DNA from: Chara braunii
Lineage: Eukaryota > Plantae > Charophyceae
Assembly (NCBI GenBank): GCA_003427395.1
Contig: BFEA01000003.1
Location: forward strand, 8,258,517 to 8,322,516
DNA length: 64,000 nucleotides
Reading direction: 5' to 3'
Both the position numbers and the translations under genes were made by a program. Positions 1 to 11,850 of the stretch are shown piece by piece. The notes beneath the pieces were generated by a model. It was not told the DNA's origin. It saw only the letters and a list, made by a program, of their open reading frames with translations, and made no database searches. Within the stretch, counting starts at the first letter, position 1, and each line of letters opens with the position of its first letter.

Positions 1-34
1 CTCCGAAAATATAGGGAGGCCCAGAATCCCTGCC

Positions 35-945
35 TTTTTTTTCTCTTTTTTTTTTTTTTTGGACTTTTTTTTTTTTTTTTTTTTTTTTTGAAAGGAAGAA
101 ACTTTCCATTATCAAAGGAACACAGGGGCCTGGGAACACACCCCAACAAATCAACCCGGTACATTAACATGCTAGGGCCCATACCCAGCTGTAGGCTCCT
201 GGAAACGGGGTCCAGTGTCCCTTGTCCAAAATTCCTCCAAAAAACCAAAAAAAGTAAAAGGCCTCCAATGCAGTTACCATTCAAAAAATACCTTTCACTG
301 AGCCAGCAAGCAGGAAACCAAAATTAAGGGCCTAAAAGCCGGCCCCCCAGTCTATGAGAGCTATCACCACTCCCTATCCTAGTCTTAACATTTCTGTGCA
401 GCTACTTGCTACTTCTCCCATCCCTGCTCAAGGAGGCTTCAACCATGTTGCAAAAGTGAGCTTTCTATCTGACGACACTATGGTCCACTGGTTTCCCTGT
501 GCCCATGTTTGCTTAAACCACTCGAACCCTTTCCTTTTGCTTTTAAAACAGCCCTGCCTATCTGCTTGAATAGATAGTCGAATGTTCTTTTTTATTTCCT
601 GTTGCTGCTCCTGTAAAAGTATCCTCGTTTGTCTGAACACCTGAGCATTCCGTGCTCTCCATATTTCCTGAAGTATTATCCCTCTGCAGGTTAGTGCAAC
701 ATATCCCCAACCCTTCTTATATTTGGCACTCTGTACCGGTAATAAGCTGAAGACGGTCCAATCATCAGTCCACGGCCAGGCGGGGTCTACTGCATCTTCC
801 CACTGTTTCAACCACCAGCTCCACAGTTCGTCCGCCAACGGGCAGTACAGCCAGAGGTGGGCATTAGACTCCCACCCCCAGTTACATCTAACACATGTTT
901 CATTAATCTCCATTCCCCTGCCATGGAGCCAGATAGATGTAGCAA
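35..945 (-). mobile_element. L1/Tx1-type LINE (copy A), 3' end: zf-RVT/C-terminal region of ORF2, 3' UTR and poly(A) tail
   Basis: ORF 428..1000(-) has CVRC-x6-ESNAHLWLYCP and EIWRARN (LINE C-terminal Cys/His domain). Interrupted T-run at 35-88 is the poly(A) on the minus strand. Confidence 0.85.
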
Positions 946-1585
946 TCACAAATACGTATCCCTGAGGAAAAATCCTGCGGAAGCCCCGAAGTACGGACAC
1001 AGACAGAAAGGGGTTTTTCTTTCTTTTTGCTTTTGTTTTCTTTTTGAAACGGCTTTTTCATTTTGTTTGGTTAATAACTCCCGCGCGGGCGAAGAGCGGC
1101 CGCGGTATGAAAACCAAGAAACGGGGGCGGTTGGGGACTTTTTGAATTTCTGCGCGGGCACGGCCAAGCTCCGATTTCTTCGCGTGTCTCGCATCCCCGT
1201 TTCTTGCTTTGCATCCCCGCGCCATCTTCCCTTCTTGCTGCGCGCATTTTCCCCATGCCGGACTCTTCGTCTTCCCCTCCGCCCAGCTCGATCCTTACCC
1301 CGCCAAGTGATTGGCCACGTAGTTGGGATCTGGGTATTGCAATCCCTTCGCACTCTTGTCTCCCACTTCTTTCTCCACCCCCTTCTCCTTATACAACGGA
1401 GTCTTTCCATGTCCCTTAACGACTTCTTTATATGTCTTCTTTTGCTTCCCTCTTGTATCCCCTTTCGATCCCAATGGCTTCAGACCCTTTTCTTGCCCAT
1501 TCGGAGGGGGATGGGGGGGAGGAGGTTTAGGATGCTGCTGCCGATTTTGGCGATCGACGACAGTCCCACCCTCTGGTGCTTGTTT

Positions 1586-2015
1586 TTATTTTGCCGGACA
1601 CGAATCATCTGAATCTTTGTGGAAGTGTCGCCGACAAACCTTGCACCATGCGGTGTCTGCACAGATAATATCAATGCTAATTACTCCATCTTTCTTAAGA
1701 TCCATCATCAATCGTTTCTTATAACGCAGCTTAGCCGATGGAGCTAAGTCAAACCTGATGTTTCGAAGATCTGGCTCCAGCGGGTCAGTATACGCTGAAT
1801 AGTCCCTGATAACGGGCCCAAAAGCATCTTGGACCACCCCTTTCAAGAGACCTACCGCCGAGACCGGGACCTCCATACAACGGATCCAAAAAAAATTTTG
1901 ACGCATGGCTTCTCTCCAATCTTGAAGACTTTGCTCGCTCATCCACGATCTGAAAGTCAATGTGTGGCGACGTCCATCTAACTCTATCTTGTCCCTTCCC
2001 TTTCTGAGCATCCAA
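1586..2015 (-). pseudogene. LINE ORF1 fragment (DUF4283-like region plus zinc knuckle)
   Basis: FWIRCMEVP...LRNIRFDL...WCKVCRRHFH-x6-C, homologous by eye to ORF1 at 53515-54150. It lies only ~650 bp from the zf-RVT piece, so most of ORF2 is missing if both belong to one element. Confidence 0.7.
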
Positions 2016-2251
2016 TCAGCTACAGGTTTTGACGACGCTACGTAGGTTGCAAGGCGCTAGCTTCGCGCCTTCGTGGGATCCTTCGTGGGATCCTGGATTA
2101 GGCGCTAGCTTCGCGCCTTCGTGGGATCCTTCGTGGGATCCTGGATTAGGCGCTAGCATCTTATAGGCAGCAATCCATAGATTAATGTCTTTCATGAGAC
2201 TGCTGAATAGGCCACTGGCCCGAAATTCATCATAGCTAAGCGCGCTATGGC
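2016..2251 (-). pseudogene. Fragment resembling the RT0 domain of an organellar group II intron RT/maturase (probable NUMT)
   Basis: LMKDINLWIAAYKMLAPNPGS matches the RT0 pattern L-x2-AY-x5-N-x-G. Flanked by 8-bp direct repeat GCATCCAA (2008-2015, 2252-2259). Internal 48-bp tandem duplication (2053-2148). Confidence 0.6.
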
Positions 2252-5227
2252 GCATCCAACACGTCCTCTCCCCCTTACTCTCCCAGAGCTCCTACCACCC
2301 CCACGGCGAGTAGAGCCCTAGTGACTGTTCCCTCCGTTCCTTGTACTGCCCCCTCTGCTCCTCATCCCAATGGCTGTATTCTTTTCAGTATTTTCTTTCT
2401 TCTCTCTCTATTTCAAATAGAACTCATGGCAATGTTCTATATAATGTACAAGCGCGATTTCTTCTCATCTTTCTGATTTCTCAGCTCATACATCACTCAT
2501 AGGGTCCCAGGCTTAAAAGTTTGAATATCTTGAGGCGAAGGACGCAGGTTCCTCGTGAACCAGGCCGCTTGTCGGCCACCGAATAAATTTAAGAAGGATT
2601 ATGTTTCCACTTTCTTGCTTGCTGCTGATTCTGACCGCTTGTTTGTCTGAAAATCAGTTCTCAATCTGAACTTTGTGCCAGAGAAAAGTTACCTTAATTT
2701 TCACCTTGGCTAAAAATCAAAAACATTGTCAGTTTGACATCAATGCTTGGGACACTTGTCCAGTCTGCCATGCTTGAATTAGGGCATACCAAACCCTGTC
2801 TTCTTTCTCTGGTCTGAGTGAGGCGTCTCCTCAACTTCTCAGACAAGGAAAAGGGATACCAAACCCTTTTTCCTTTTCCAAGATTTATTGATTGCCTTGG
2901 TTTCGGCCCACCACTGGCCAGGAATGCTAGACGTTCCGTCAGTCTGACATACCTCATTCGGCCCGCCTCAGGTCAGGACTGGCCAGACCATTTGTCTTGA
3001 CAGCCCCTTTGACCTGCCTCAAGGTCAGGACCAGCATACCCACTACTAGAGTATGGCAGCCCTTTGGCACTCTCGCCAGGACACCCAGACTATAGCGGGT
3101 CTGGTCACCCTATGACAGTAGACGTCCCGTCAGTCAAACTGTCCCGAACCCGGATTTGCCCACTGCGGTCAGGGACCGGCTCACCTACCAGTTTTTGGCC
3201 AAGGGCGCTGGCTGCCCCGCCCAGATTTTCAAACGTAGGACCTGGTCTAACTACGATTCAAGGCTCTGGCTAACCTTACTGGATTGCAACCTCTGACTAC
3301 GGTAGGGTTCCAGCTGACCCCTTTCGACCTCATAGGCCAGACTCCCGGAGCCTTAGCCTCAGTCGACTACAAAATTCGACACTCACGTCGGGACTTGCTG
3401 ACCCCACCAGATTGCAACCTACTACGGTAAGGCTCTGGCTGGCCCCGACAATCAATGCATCCTTAGGTTAGAGAAGAAGACCCCAGGTACAGACAATCAG
3501 GCAAGCATCTATAACCCACAAGCAGACTGCCCATGCCCCATAACAGGACAAACATTTCTTAAGAGACGTCACTTCAGTCTTAAGAGGCACTGAACAACAA
3601 CATGATAACTAGCACCAAGCCCTTGCAGGAAACCTCCCTTCAGCTTCAAGAAGGATGCTTAGTGCTGGCCCCAGAGAGGTCCCTTCCCTCAACTGGGAAT
3701 TTCTTTTCCAAGAGACGTCCCGTCAGTCCCAAGGAAATACTGAAATGCTGATCTCAGATAGGTCCCTTCCCTCATCTGAGTGAAGACAGGCAACTTAGTT
3801 AAGAAACACGAAGTCCCTCTACTGACAACTTTCAGTCAAGTAAAGCTCGACTTTTTTATGCCTGTCCTCATCTGAATTTCTTGGATGGACAACTTAGTCA
3901 GAGACACGAAGTTCTTCTGCTGACAACTCTCGATCAGACAGAACTGAACTTTTTTATGCCCATCATGCATTTCTCTTTATCATAAGAATAACACTGATTA
4001 GATCCTCTGATGTGCCATAGCCATGAGTTCCTCATATCTTTGACACTGCGTCAATGCTCACGAAAAAGTATCTCACAGTTATCTCCCACTCTCAGGGATT
4101 TGAGACTCATGGATCGACTGTAGCATTACATTAAAGATATAGTCTTATTAACTTCGTTGCTTGCTCAAGCAGAAAATTAACTGACATGCAGAAAATCGAA
4201 ATGCTTAATTGACCATGCAAGAGTGATCAATCTGCTGAAAATTCAGTCTTGCTATCTCATTTCTTACTGTATTTTCCTCTAAGTTATCTGAAACTGCTCT
4301 CTTACTGGATGGTTGACCTTTCTTTCCTCTCTTTGAGGTCACTGTAGGGATAAGATCAAGGTCTCTGAAAATTACTTACGAAGTCTTGACCCTGATACCA
4401 TGTCATAAATCCGAGATCCATCCTTCTCCGATATCGTATGGACTTGTCCTCGTCTTTCTAAATTTCTCAAGGATGTCAAAAGTTCATAAGCCATACCTTC
4501 GATCAAGCCTGATCTTCTCCACCAACTAGTGTCAATCTCCTTCTCCAGTCCAAAAGAGTACCTCACACAGGAAGAAATAAGACACAGTTAGCAACTGTGA
4601 TTCTCAAGAGAATCGAGACTCAATGAAAATAATAAAATTAATACGAAACTCATAATATTGTCAACAGTTCTCACGCCCTAATCAAAGCTCAAAGATGATG
4701 ATGATGACCCAGGCTCATTCCGGACACGAGAATCTTTTCATGAGATCAGCCGGGGCGAGTGCTCATTCGCCAGTATGGTCACACGCTTATACAGTCACAC
4801 AGATAATCGCCCAGTCTTATTGACAATGCGTGAGACAAGGAGGAATCTGGTCTGGATACTGAATCCAATAACCTACGCAGGTACGGCTGTCGGGTGGTAG
4901 ACATGTAATAACGAATCGAGGGGAGCTCACAGTTTGTGACTGTTTTGGTTTTGGCAATGATAAAGGAGTTGTCTTGCCAGATCAAAAATAACTTTTGATT
5001 TGATAAGACTAATCTGAGGCCGTTTCGAATGTGACCCAGTAGTGCGGGAAAATGCGTGATAGTTGTCAAAATTCGCACTTTCCTTTATCCTTATCCATGC
5101 TTGTGTGTGTCACCCGGATATAAATTTGAGCCTGCTCCGAGCGACATCTCAGCTTTTTGTAGGATGTATGTAAGTGGACGTGGTGCTCTACAGACCGGGA
5201 CATCGAAGAGAAACTCCTTGCTCGAGT

Positions 5228-5298
5228 GTTATTATTATTATTGTTATTATTATTATTATTATTATTGTTATGATTATTGTTATTATTATTATTATTAC
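5228..5298. repeat. (TAT)n microsatellite
   Basis: Imperfect TAT/TGT run. Confidence 0.95.
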
Positions 5299-7503
5299 TA
5301 ATACTATTGTTATTTTCCAGAGCTTGCTGCTAATTAAATGTAGCATCTCCGTCGTTCATCGATGAAGGAATGAGCAGGGTGACAATACCTGGCTCAACAA
5401 ATGTCTTTGAACCTAACTGCGTGATATGGGTGTTGAGTCAATATTTTCGCGTTTCCATGCACGGGTTTGATAGAAAGGGGAAGTTTAGAGTCATATGAGT
5501 AGTCTGTCTCAACCTACCCTCCTTTGGTGGATGTAACGCCCATGACAAAACTTGTACGATCTGGCGGTGGTGTGATTTTTTTTTATAGAATACTCGTACG
5601 GTCATAAGATCCGTGCGATTATCTGTGTGATTGTACAAGTGTGTGACCATATTGGCCAATGAGCACTCGCCCCTGCTGATCTCAAGAGTGCGATTGAGAT
5701 CAGAACCTCGCAAACGCTGAGTCTGAGTAATGAGTCGTGAGGGAAGGAAACGACAGTTGAAGAGGGTTGCCAATTTAATCGTTAAGTTCTTACTGGATGA
5801 GGATTAGTATTGGCGGTCTTAGTTTAACGGGAGTAGAGATCCAGACCTTCCTGTTTGATGCATGCAGCCAACGTCCAAACGAGAATCATCAGTTTGTTCG
5901 CTTTCAACTACCCGCAAGAAGTCAGCCACAGTTCGTAGTGTTGATTTTCCAACCCAAGGGATCACAAATATAAACAGCTTATAGCGGTCTCATTGGATTT
6001 ATTAAGGTCAACGACCATGTTCCAGCGGCTCTTTAAGTATGTACACTCTCACATATGTGAGAAACTATTAGATCTGCAAACAAAAAGGGGGGGATGTCAT
6101 ATGATATGCGTTGTGATCTGAATTTGATCGACCACATGTCAAAGGACTGTTAAGAGTCCAGAGAAAGGCTTTTGTTTCCTTAACCTTGTACCGAAAGCGA
6201 AAGATAGGGTCAGGAGGAGGGATACGGAAAGCATGGACACCCTGGTTGTGACCTGTACTCTGCACCAGGTGAAAACGGAAGGCTGGAAAAACAGGGTGTT
6301 GAGAGAAACTGAGGGAAGCAAGAAGTTTTTGAGGAAATTTGCTATGGAGAAAGCAGAAAGTCATCATAAATTTATTGAGTACGTTTTCTATATCTGTGAG
6401 CCAAGTGGGAAGCCGCATAGTACTGTCTCATCATTGGAAAGTCGGGAGCAGGCTAGGGCAAGAATCTTAGAGGGCATAAGAATGCTTTGATCTGTGTTTC
6501 ACAGGACCTCTCCAGTAAATCCGGCTAGTAAGCAATATACAACGTTTGATACTCCTCACCGTTAACAGAGGGTGATGCTGAGTACTGTTTATCAATGTGT
6601 AGGACTCATCACCGCTAACAATGTTTCAGTGCACAATGTGGCCACTAGTGTGCAGGGCTCAATAATAGTAGCAACAATTAACCAACAAATCAATCAATCC
6701 TCAATCAACATTCGGCTCATGACGAGGCAGTACTCTGTCGGTATTATAACGGTACCCCGGATGCCTGGACATTAGTTAGAAAAACTGCGTTCGCTTCTAA
6801 ATATTAAGAGATTACTCAAGCGGGTCTCAGACAGTATTAAATCAAGGGTTATTTCATCAATCAACTATCCAGCAACCAGCAGCCAATCAGTTTTTCATGA
6901 TACAACAGTCAATCAGCAACATTCAGTTTTCCATTTGCAGTCAATTAGCAACACTCAGTTCTTCACCAACAACCAATCAGTAGTGTTCAGTTCTCAATAA
7001 GGAGTTGAACGATATTTAGCCGATAGGTGATTGGAACTCACTCAGCGTCCAGACAGGCTCAGGAGTTAGCCCTGCAACTGTTGCTGCCTATGTAGTGTAC
7101 TATTGTTGATCTGATCTATAACAAACGATATTCAACTGTTACTCAGTCAGTAAACTCAGCGGCATTCTTTTCTCAGTTTGTAAGCTTGGTGACATTCAGT
7201 TTTTTTCAGTCAGCTGTCAATCAGCAATTGTCAGTCTTCGGTCAGCAACCAATCAACACCTAATCAGTGTTTAGTCAACAACCTCAGCGACAGTCAAACG
7301 GACTTAACATTCAGACACAACTTTTCGGAAACAGTATTTGAAAACTGCAGTCACGAACAGCAATCAGAAATAACAACTGGAAAACAGTTTCAGGAGCAGC
7401 GTTCGGAAAAACGGCAATCAATTTTTTAGTAATTTGTTCTCAGCAATCAGTCGTCAGTAATCAGTTCTAAGTGATCATCTAGTCAGCACCAACTAGTTCA
7501 TCC

Positions 7504-8148
7504 ATGAGTACAGTTGAATCCTTTCAAGTCAGCAGGTCAGTGTTGGCCAATCTCAATCAGATTTCATGCAAAGAGGCATTCCACTATCAGTATGCTAGTG
7601 CGATCGGTTTCAGACAAGGAGATCTGTCAATGTTTGTTGTCCAGACCAGTTTTGCTGATGGCACTATCCACGATCTGAGCCCATACCTAAAGAAAGGCAA
7701 GGAGGCTCATGAGCATTTCGATCAAGTCTGGATCTCAGCCACCAAATACCTCGAGCAGAGAGAGGGGGACCTTGATGAAAGTGGCACTACGCTGATCTGC
7801 AACTTTGGGCCAAAGCTTTATACTGACTATCCCAAGCCTCCCGTTCCTTCCCTTCTCACTGATGGCACAGGATGGCAAGATATGATCAGCTTGGCAAAGA
7901 GGTATATCTCTCCAATAGTGATCGACATTGAGGCACTGACTGAGCCCACCGAGTATCCCTACCTCAGACGAGGGGTCTTTTCAGTGGACGGACTGCCTAC
8001 ATTGTGGGAGGAGTTTTGCTCCATGGTTAACTTCCGTGTCATGTACCTCGGATTGTCATGCTCGGAGCTTGCTGGCTTTAGGTGGCTCTTTGTCACGAGG
8101 CCTCAATCTCAGATTGTACGTGGGCGTGGGTCACAACACCAGAGATGA
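7504..8148 (+). CDS. Orphan 214-aa ORF, unknown function
   Basis: ATG start, uninterrupted, normal-complexity globular-looking sequence. No motif recognised. Confidence 0.4.
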   Translation: MSTVESFQVSRSVLANLNQISCKEAFHYQYASAIGFRQGDLSMFVVQTSFADGTIHDLSPYLKKGKEAHEHFDQVWISATKYLEQREGDLDESGTTLICNFGPKLYTDYPKPPVPSLLTDGTGWQDMISLAKRYISPIVIDIEALTEPTEYPYLRRGVFSVDGLPTLWEEFCSMVNFRVMYLGLSCSELAGFRWLFVTRPQSQIVRGRGSQHQR

Positions 8149-8653
8149 ACAGTGAAAAGAGAGAATGAGAGAGACTGACCAGAGGGATGAGTGAGGACTC
8201 TTGAGAGGTGCTGACCATGCTTGTTTATGTGTACTTTCTGAGATTATTATGAGTTCTCATTCTTCCCCCATTCATTTGATAATGTCATTGTTCGAGTCAG
8301 TCGGTTTTGCTTTGTGCATTGTTCTTGCTTGATGATCGATTTCTTGGATGATTATGTCACAGTTCTCAAAATCAGATTGACATAATTGATGCACACATAG
8401 CATTTCCACAATTTTACGACTATTATTTGCAGGATTCTCTGCTGTTCCGAATCAAAATAAAAGATTCCTAAGACCAAGGACCGGCGAAGACCGCAATTGA
8501 AGGGTCTCGCTCGAAGCCGGACACACACAATAGGAAGGGATTTGCATTATCTAATTTATTTTATTTATTGCAATCACATACAAAATCCAGCGTGACAGCC
8601 TATTGGCGTTCCGGTTGCCCGAATGCGGCTTGACTGAAAAAAGTGCGACAACA

Positions 8654-8762
8654 TGTGTGTGTGTGTGTGTGCGTGTGTGTGTGTGTGTATGCGCGCGCGA
8701 TTCCAAGATCATCGCGCGAATGTGAGTGTGTGTGTGTGTGCGTGTGTGTGTGTGTGTGTGTG
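8654..8762. repeat. Two (GT)n microsatellites
   Basis: Two GT tracts, each interrupted once by GC, separated by ~30 bp. Confidence 0.95.
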
Positions 8763-10072
8763 CACGTGGTGGGTGGCAGGGAGGTGGGGCGACTCCTCCC
8801 CCACCAACCAATCAATCAATCAAACCCTTTTTTTTTTTTTTTTTTAATTCTGCATCTGCATTTTTTAAAAACACCTCATACTTCTGCAAAAAACATTTAT
8901 TCATTTCTAAAAAAATACAGGTAAACTCACGGACCATATATCTCATGATAAAAAATGACCAAAAAAAATTCCTGCTTTTCTTTATATTTATATATATATA
9001 TTTTTCAATCCAATTTCGTTTTTGATTTTTTTTAAACCCTAAACAAAGTCGGATTCAAAAACAAAAAATATGAGGTTGTAGCGCTTAAAATTTCCTAGAC
9101 CCCCCCCCCTTTTTTTTTTTTTTTTACCTATTATTTAATTCAGAAAAATTCGTGTAAAATCGGGTCCGAGGTGCGGATCAGGTAGATACGGACCCATTTG
9201 GGTCCGCGATCCGAGCTGGACCCCGCGGACGCGGACGCGTCCGCGGGTGTTACATAGGATAAAAGGGAAACAAGTTCCCATGGGTAAAAGGAACTCATGC
9301 ATTGGATGTTAGCTCCCTAAAACTTAAGGGAAAAGTGCGAAGAGGGTGGATAAAAATCCCGTATGGCATTGAGTAAAAGGGGAGAAAATCCCGCCTATGT
9401 AATTACTTGCTAAATCGATGACAACCAAGGAATGAGTGTAATTGATGATGATTCTTGAAACAATGATGATGGTGAGTATGATAGTAATGATGTTGATGGT
9501 GCCTCAAATAGTGGTGGTGATAAGCAGACCAGTAATACTATAATACCGATGATATCATAATGATGAAGGTGTTAATGACTAAGCTTACACTAAGGCAATT
9601 GTAAGAATTCTAACGATTTTATGACTAATGACAAGGATGATGTTGAGGATGGTAAAAGCGAGTTTTTTGCGATTCTGTGAGATGACCACTAATCAAACGA
9701 TGGTAGTAGGGAAGATGATAAAATTTGGGATACTAATTAAACAATTTCCTAATGATAAAGTACATCGCCTGCTTGAGAATGACGAACCAGTATGCAGATG
9801 ACACACCTCGCCGTGATGATTCCTTCGAGTCTTGCCAGGATAATGATGAAGCGGTGATGACGAACCTCTTCCTGATGCTGGTGAAATAGAACACTGATGA
9901 TGACAGGTAGCTACTACCCATTTCCTGCTCACATCAGCCCGTACTCAGGCCAAGGTGCATATTTGCAGGCCCGCCCTCACTTAAGGCAGGTGAGGCATTT
10001 CCCAGCATTGTCGAGGAGCTCAAATCCTCACACTTGCCTTTTCCAGCATTGCTGAGGAGCTGGAATCCTCAC

Positions 10073-10310
10073 ACTGGCCCTTTCACGACCGCCCTGGCCC
10101 TTTCCCGACCGCCCTGGCAACCAAGGTTGCCCGGGTGGCCCCGTTGGTGACACAGAGATGATGAGTGCCCGGGCGGCCCCATTGGCATAGTAACTGGCCC
10201 TTTCCCGACCGCCCTGGCAACCAAGGTGGCCCGGGCTGCCCCGTTGGTGAGACAGAGATGATGAGTGCCCGGGCGGCCCCATTGGCATAGTAACACAAAG
10301 ATGATGAGTG
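10073..10310. repeat. GC-rich 100-bp tandem repeat (about 2.3 copies)
   Basis: TTTCCCGACCGCCCTGGCAACCAAGG recurs at 10101 and 10201; units nearly identical. Confidence 0.9.
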
Positions 10311-10404
10311 AAAATTCACTCCGAATTTACCCAGAGCCAGTCAGTTCAAAGAGGAAAAAAACAATTAAACAGTTAAACCAAAAAGAAAGGACAAAAGGGA
10401 AAGG

Positions 10405-11060
10405 GAGAGTTGGTTAGGTACGCAAGTGGCATTCAGGAGGTCATGGGTTCAATCTTCACTACCGCCTGCAATGCGCTTGGTGCCAACCAATTGAGATGGA
10501 CAGCTGGATTCTCCTGGTTGGTATTAGTGGGGTCTTCAGCCAACTTGAACACAGGTGTGAGTTCGAGTGCGAGTGGGTTGAGTGTGGTGTGTGGGAGAGT
10601 GTTGGATGTCACTCAATGTGTGGAGGAAGATGGAAAGGGAGTTGCAGCCACTAGCAAATGCTCGGTTCTTGTGTTCCCCCCCCCACCCACCACCGACGGC
10701 CCGAACCCTGCACCCTAAACCACTAGGGCAAAGGGGCAGACATGCAACGACCTTCCTCCACCGAAGGAGGTAACCTCCCTTCACCAAGCGACTCGGAGGT
10801 AGATCGCTACGCTTTGCAGGGGTCCCCTGTATGGCCTTAGGAGTAGTGTGATAGGTAGGTCATGAAAGATAGTGAAGAATATAGTACAGTTTCATTATAC
10901 AAAAAAAGAATTTGAGTTTCACAAAGAAATAAAGTGAAGAATATAGTGCAGTTTCATTATACAAAAAAAAAAGGAACAAAAAAGGGGCCTTAGGGGTTCC
11001 CTGTTCACCAAGAATTTAAGTTGAAGAATATAATAGTGCAGTTTCATTATACAAAAAAAG
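10405..11060 (+). mobile_element. tRNA-derived SINE with a triplicated A-rich tail
   Basis: A-box-like AGTTGGTTAG and B-box-like GGTTCAATC. Body homologous to 15640-15930. Tail unit TGAAGAATATA..GT(A/G)CAGTTTCATTATAC(A)n occurs three times (10872-11060). Confidence 0.65.
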
Positions 11061-11603
11061 AAGGAAAAAAAAGGGAGAGAGAGGGTTGCAGACACAGTGA
11101 GCCAAAGAGGTGAAACATCGTAGAGGCCGTGTGGGTTGGAACTGTGTGTCTCACTTCACGACAGTGTCTCAACATTCCAAATGTATATGTAATATGTATC
11201 TGACATCTGTCCCATGCTGGGTCAGTGCAAATCTACAGAGATCCAAACACAATCATGTCCATTTAGACTGCTGTGTAGTGGAGCTAGGGCCATTCACTCC
11301 ACTTTCTTTTGCTTATACGAACAACTGTCAGTGCACATATTGTAACGTGTGAAATGTATACATCACAATAGGTGTTTAAATAGATTTCACAACTCTACGT
11401 CTATTTGTGATCAAAACGATTAAAACTTCATTTATTTTAACTACACTATTATATTCTTCTCTCAAATTTTTTTTGTGCCTTTCACTTCCAGGGTGTTGTA
11501 GAGGTCAGTTTCTAGACCCACGACAGGTACCTATCTACAGTCAGCAACTAATTTAATTCATTTATGGGAGGCAGACCATCCTATCTTGGAGGATCCCCCT
11601 TAA

Positions 11604-11753
11604 ACCACCAGTACTTCCAAGAGTTTTACCTATTAACACGCCATGATTTTAGGAAACGTATGGGCCACTACAGGAGTGCCCAAATTCATCCAACTAGAAA
11701 CGTTTCGACTTATTTATTTTCTGCGGCCGATAGCTGGGCCAAGTACTGGTGGT
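11604..11753. mobile_element. 150-bp MITE with TTAA target duplication
   Basis: Perfect 13-bp TIR ACCACCAGTACTT/AAGTACTGGTGGT with TTAA on both sides (11600-11603, 11754-11757). Same terminus at 62649 and 63883. Confidence 0.85.
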
Positions 11754-11850
11754 TTAAGATAGCCCCTACTGCAGGTTCTCCAACAATCTCCTCCACCGGA
11801 GTCTTTCTACTCCTAAGGCTATATAGAGGGGACCCCTGCAAGCATAGGGA

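Larger units (their letters stand above)
2370..8500. other. Unclassified ~6 kb decayed element with divergent orphan ORFs
   Basis: Broken minus-strand coding-like repeats at about 2700-4570, plus-strand ORFs at 6233 and 7504, inverted twin motif blocks at 4645-4721 and 5367-5455. Ends not defined. Confidence 0.35.

Noticed and set aside
6140-6200. EKGFCFLNL resembling viral papain-like protease GYCY or RRM RNP1
   Set aside because: Too short; no supporting catalytic His or second motif.
10073-10310. Repeated ATGATGA as snoRNA box C or hammerhead core
   Set aside because: No matching box D or CUGA/GAAA geometry; plain tandem repeat.
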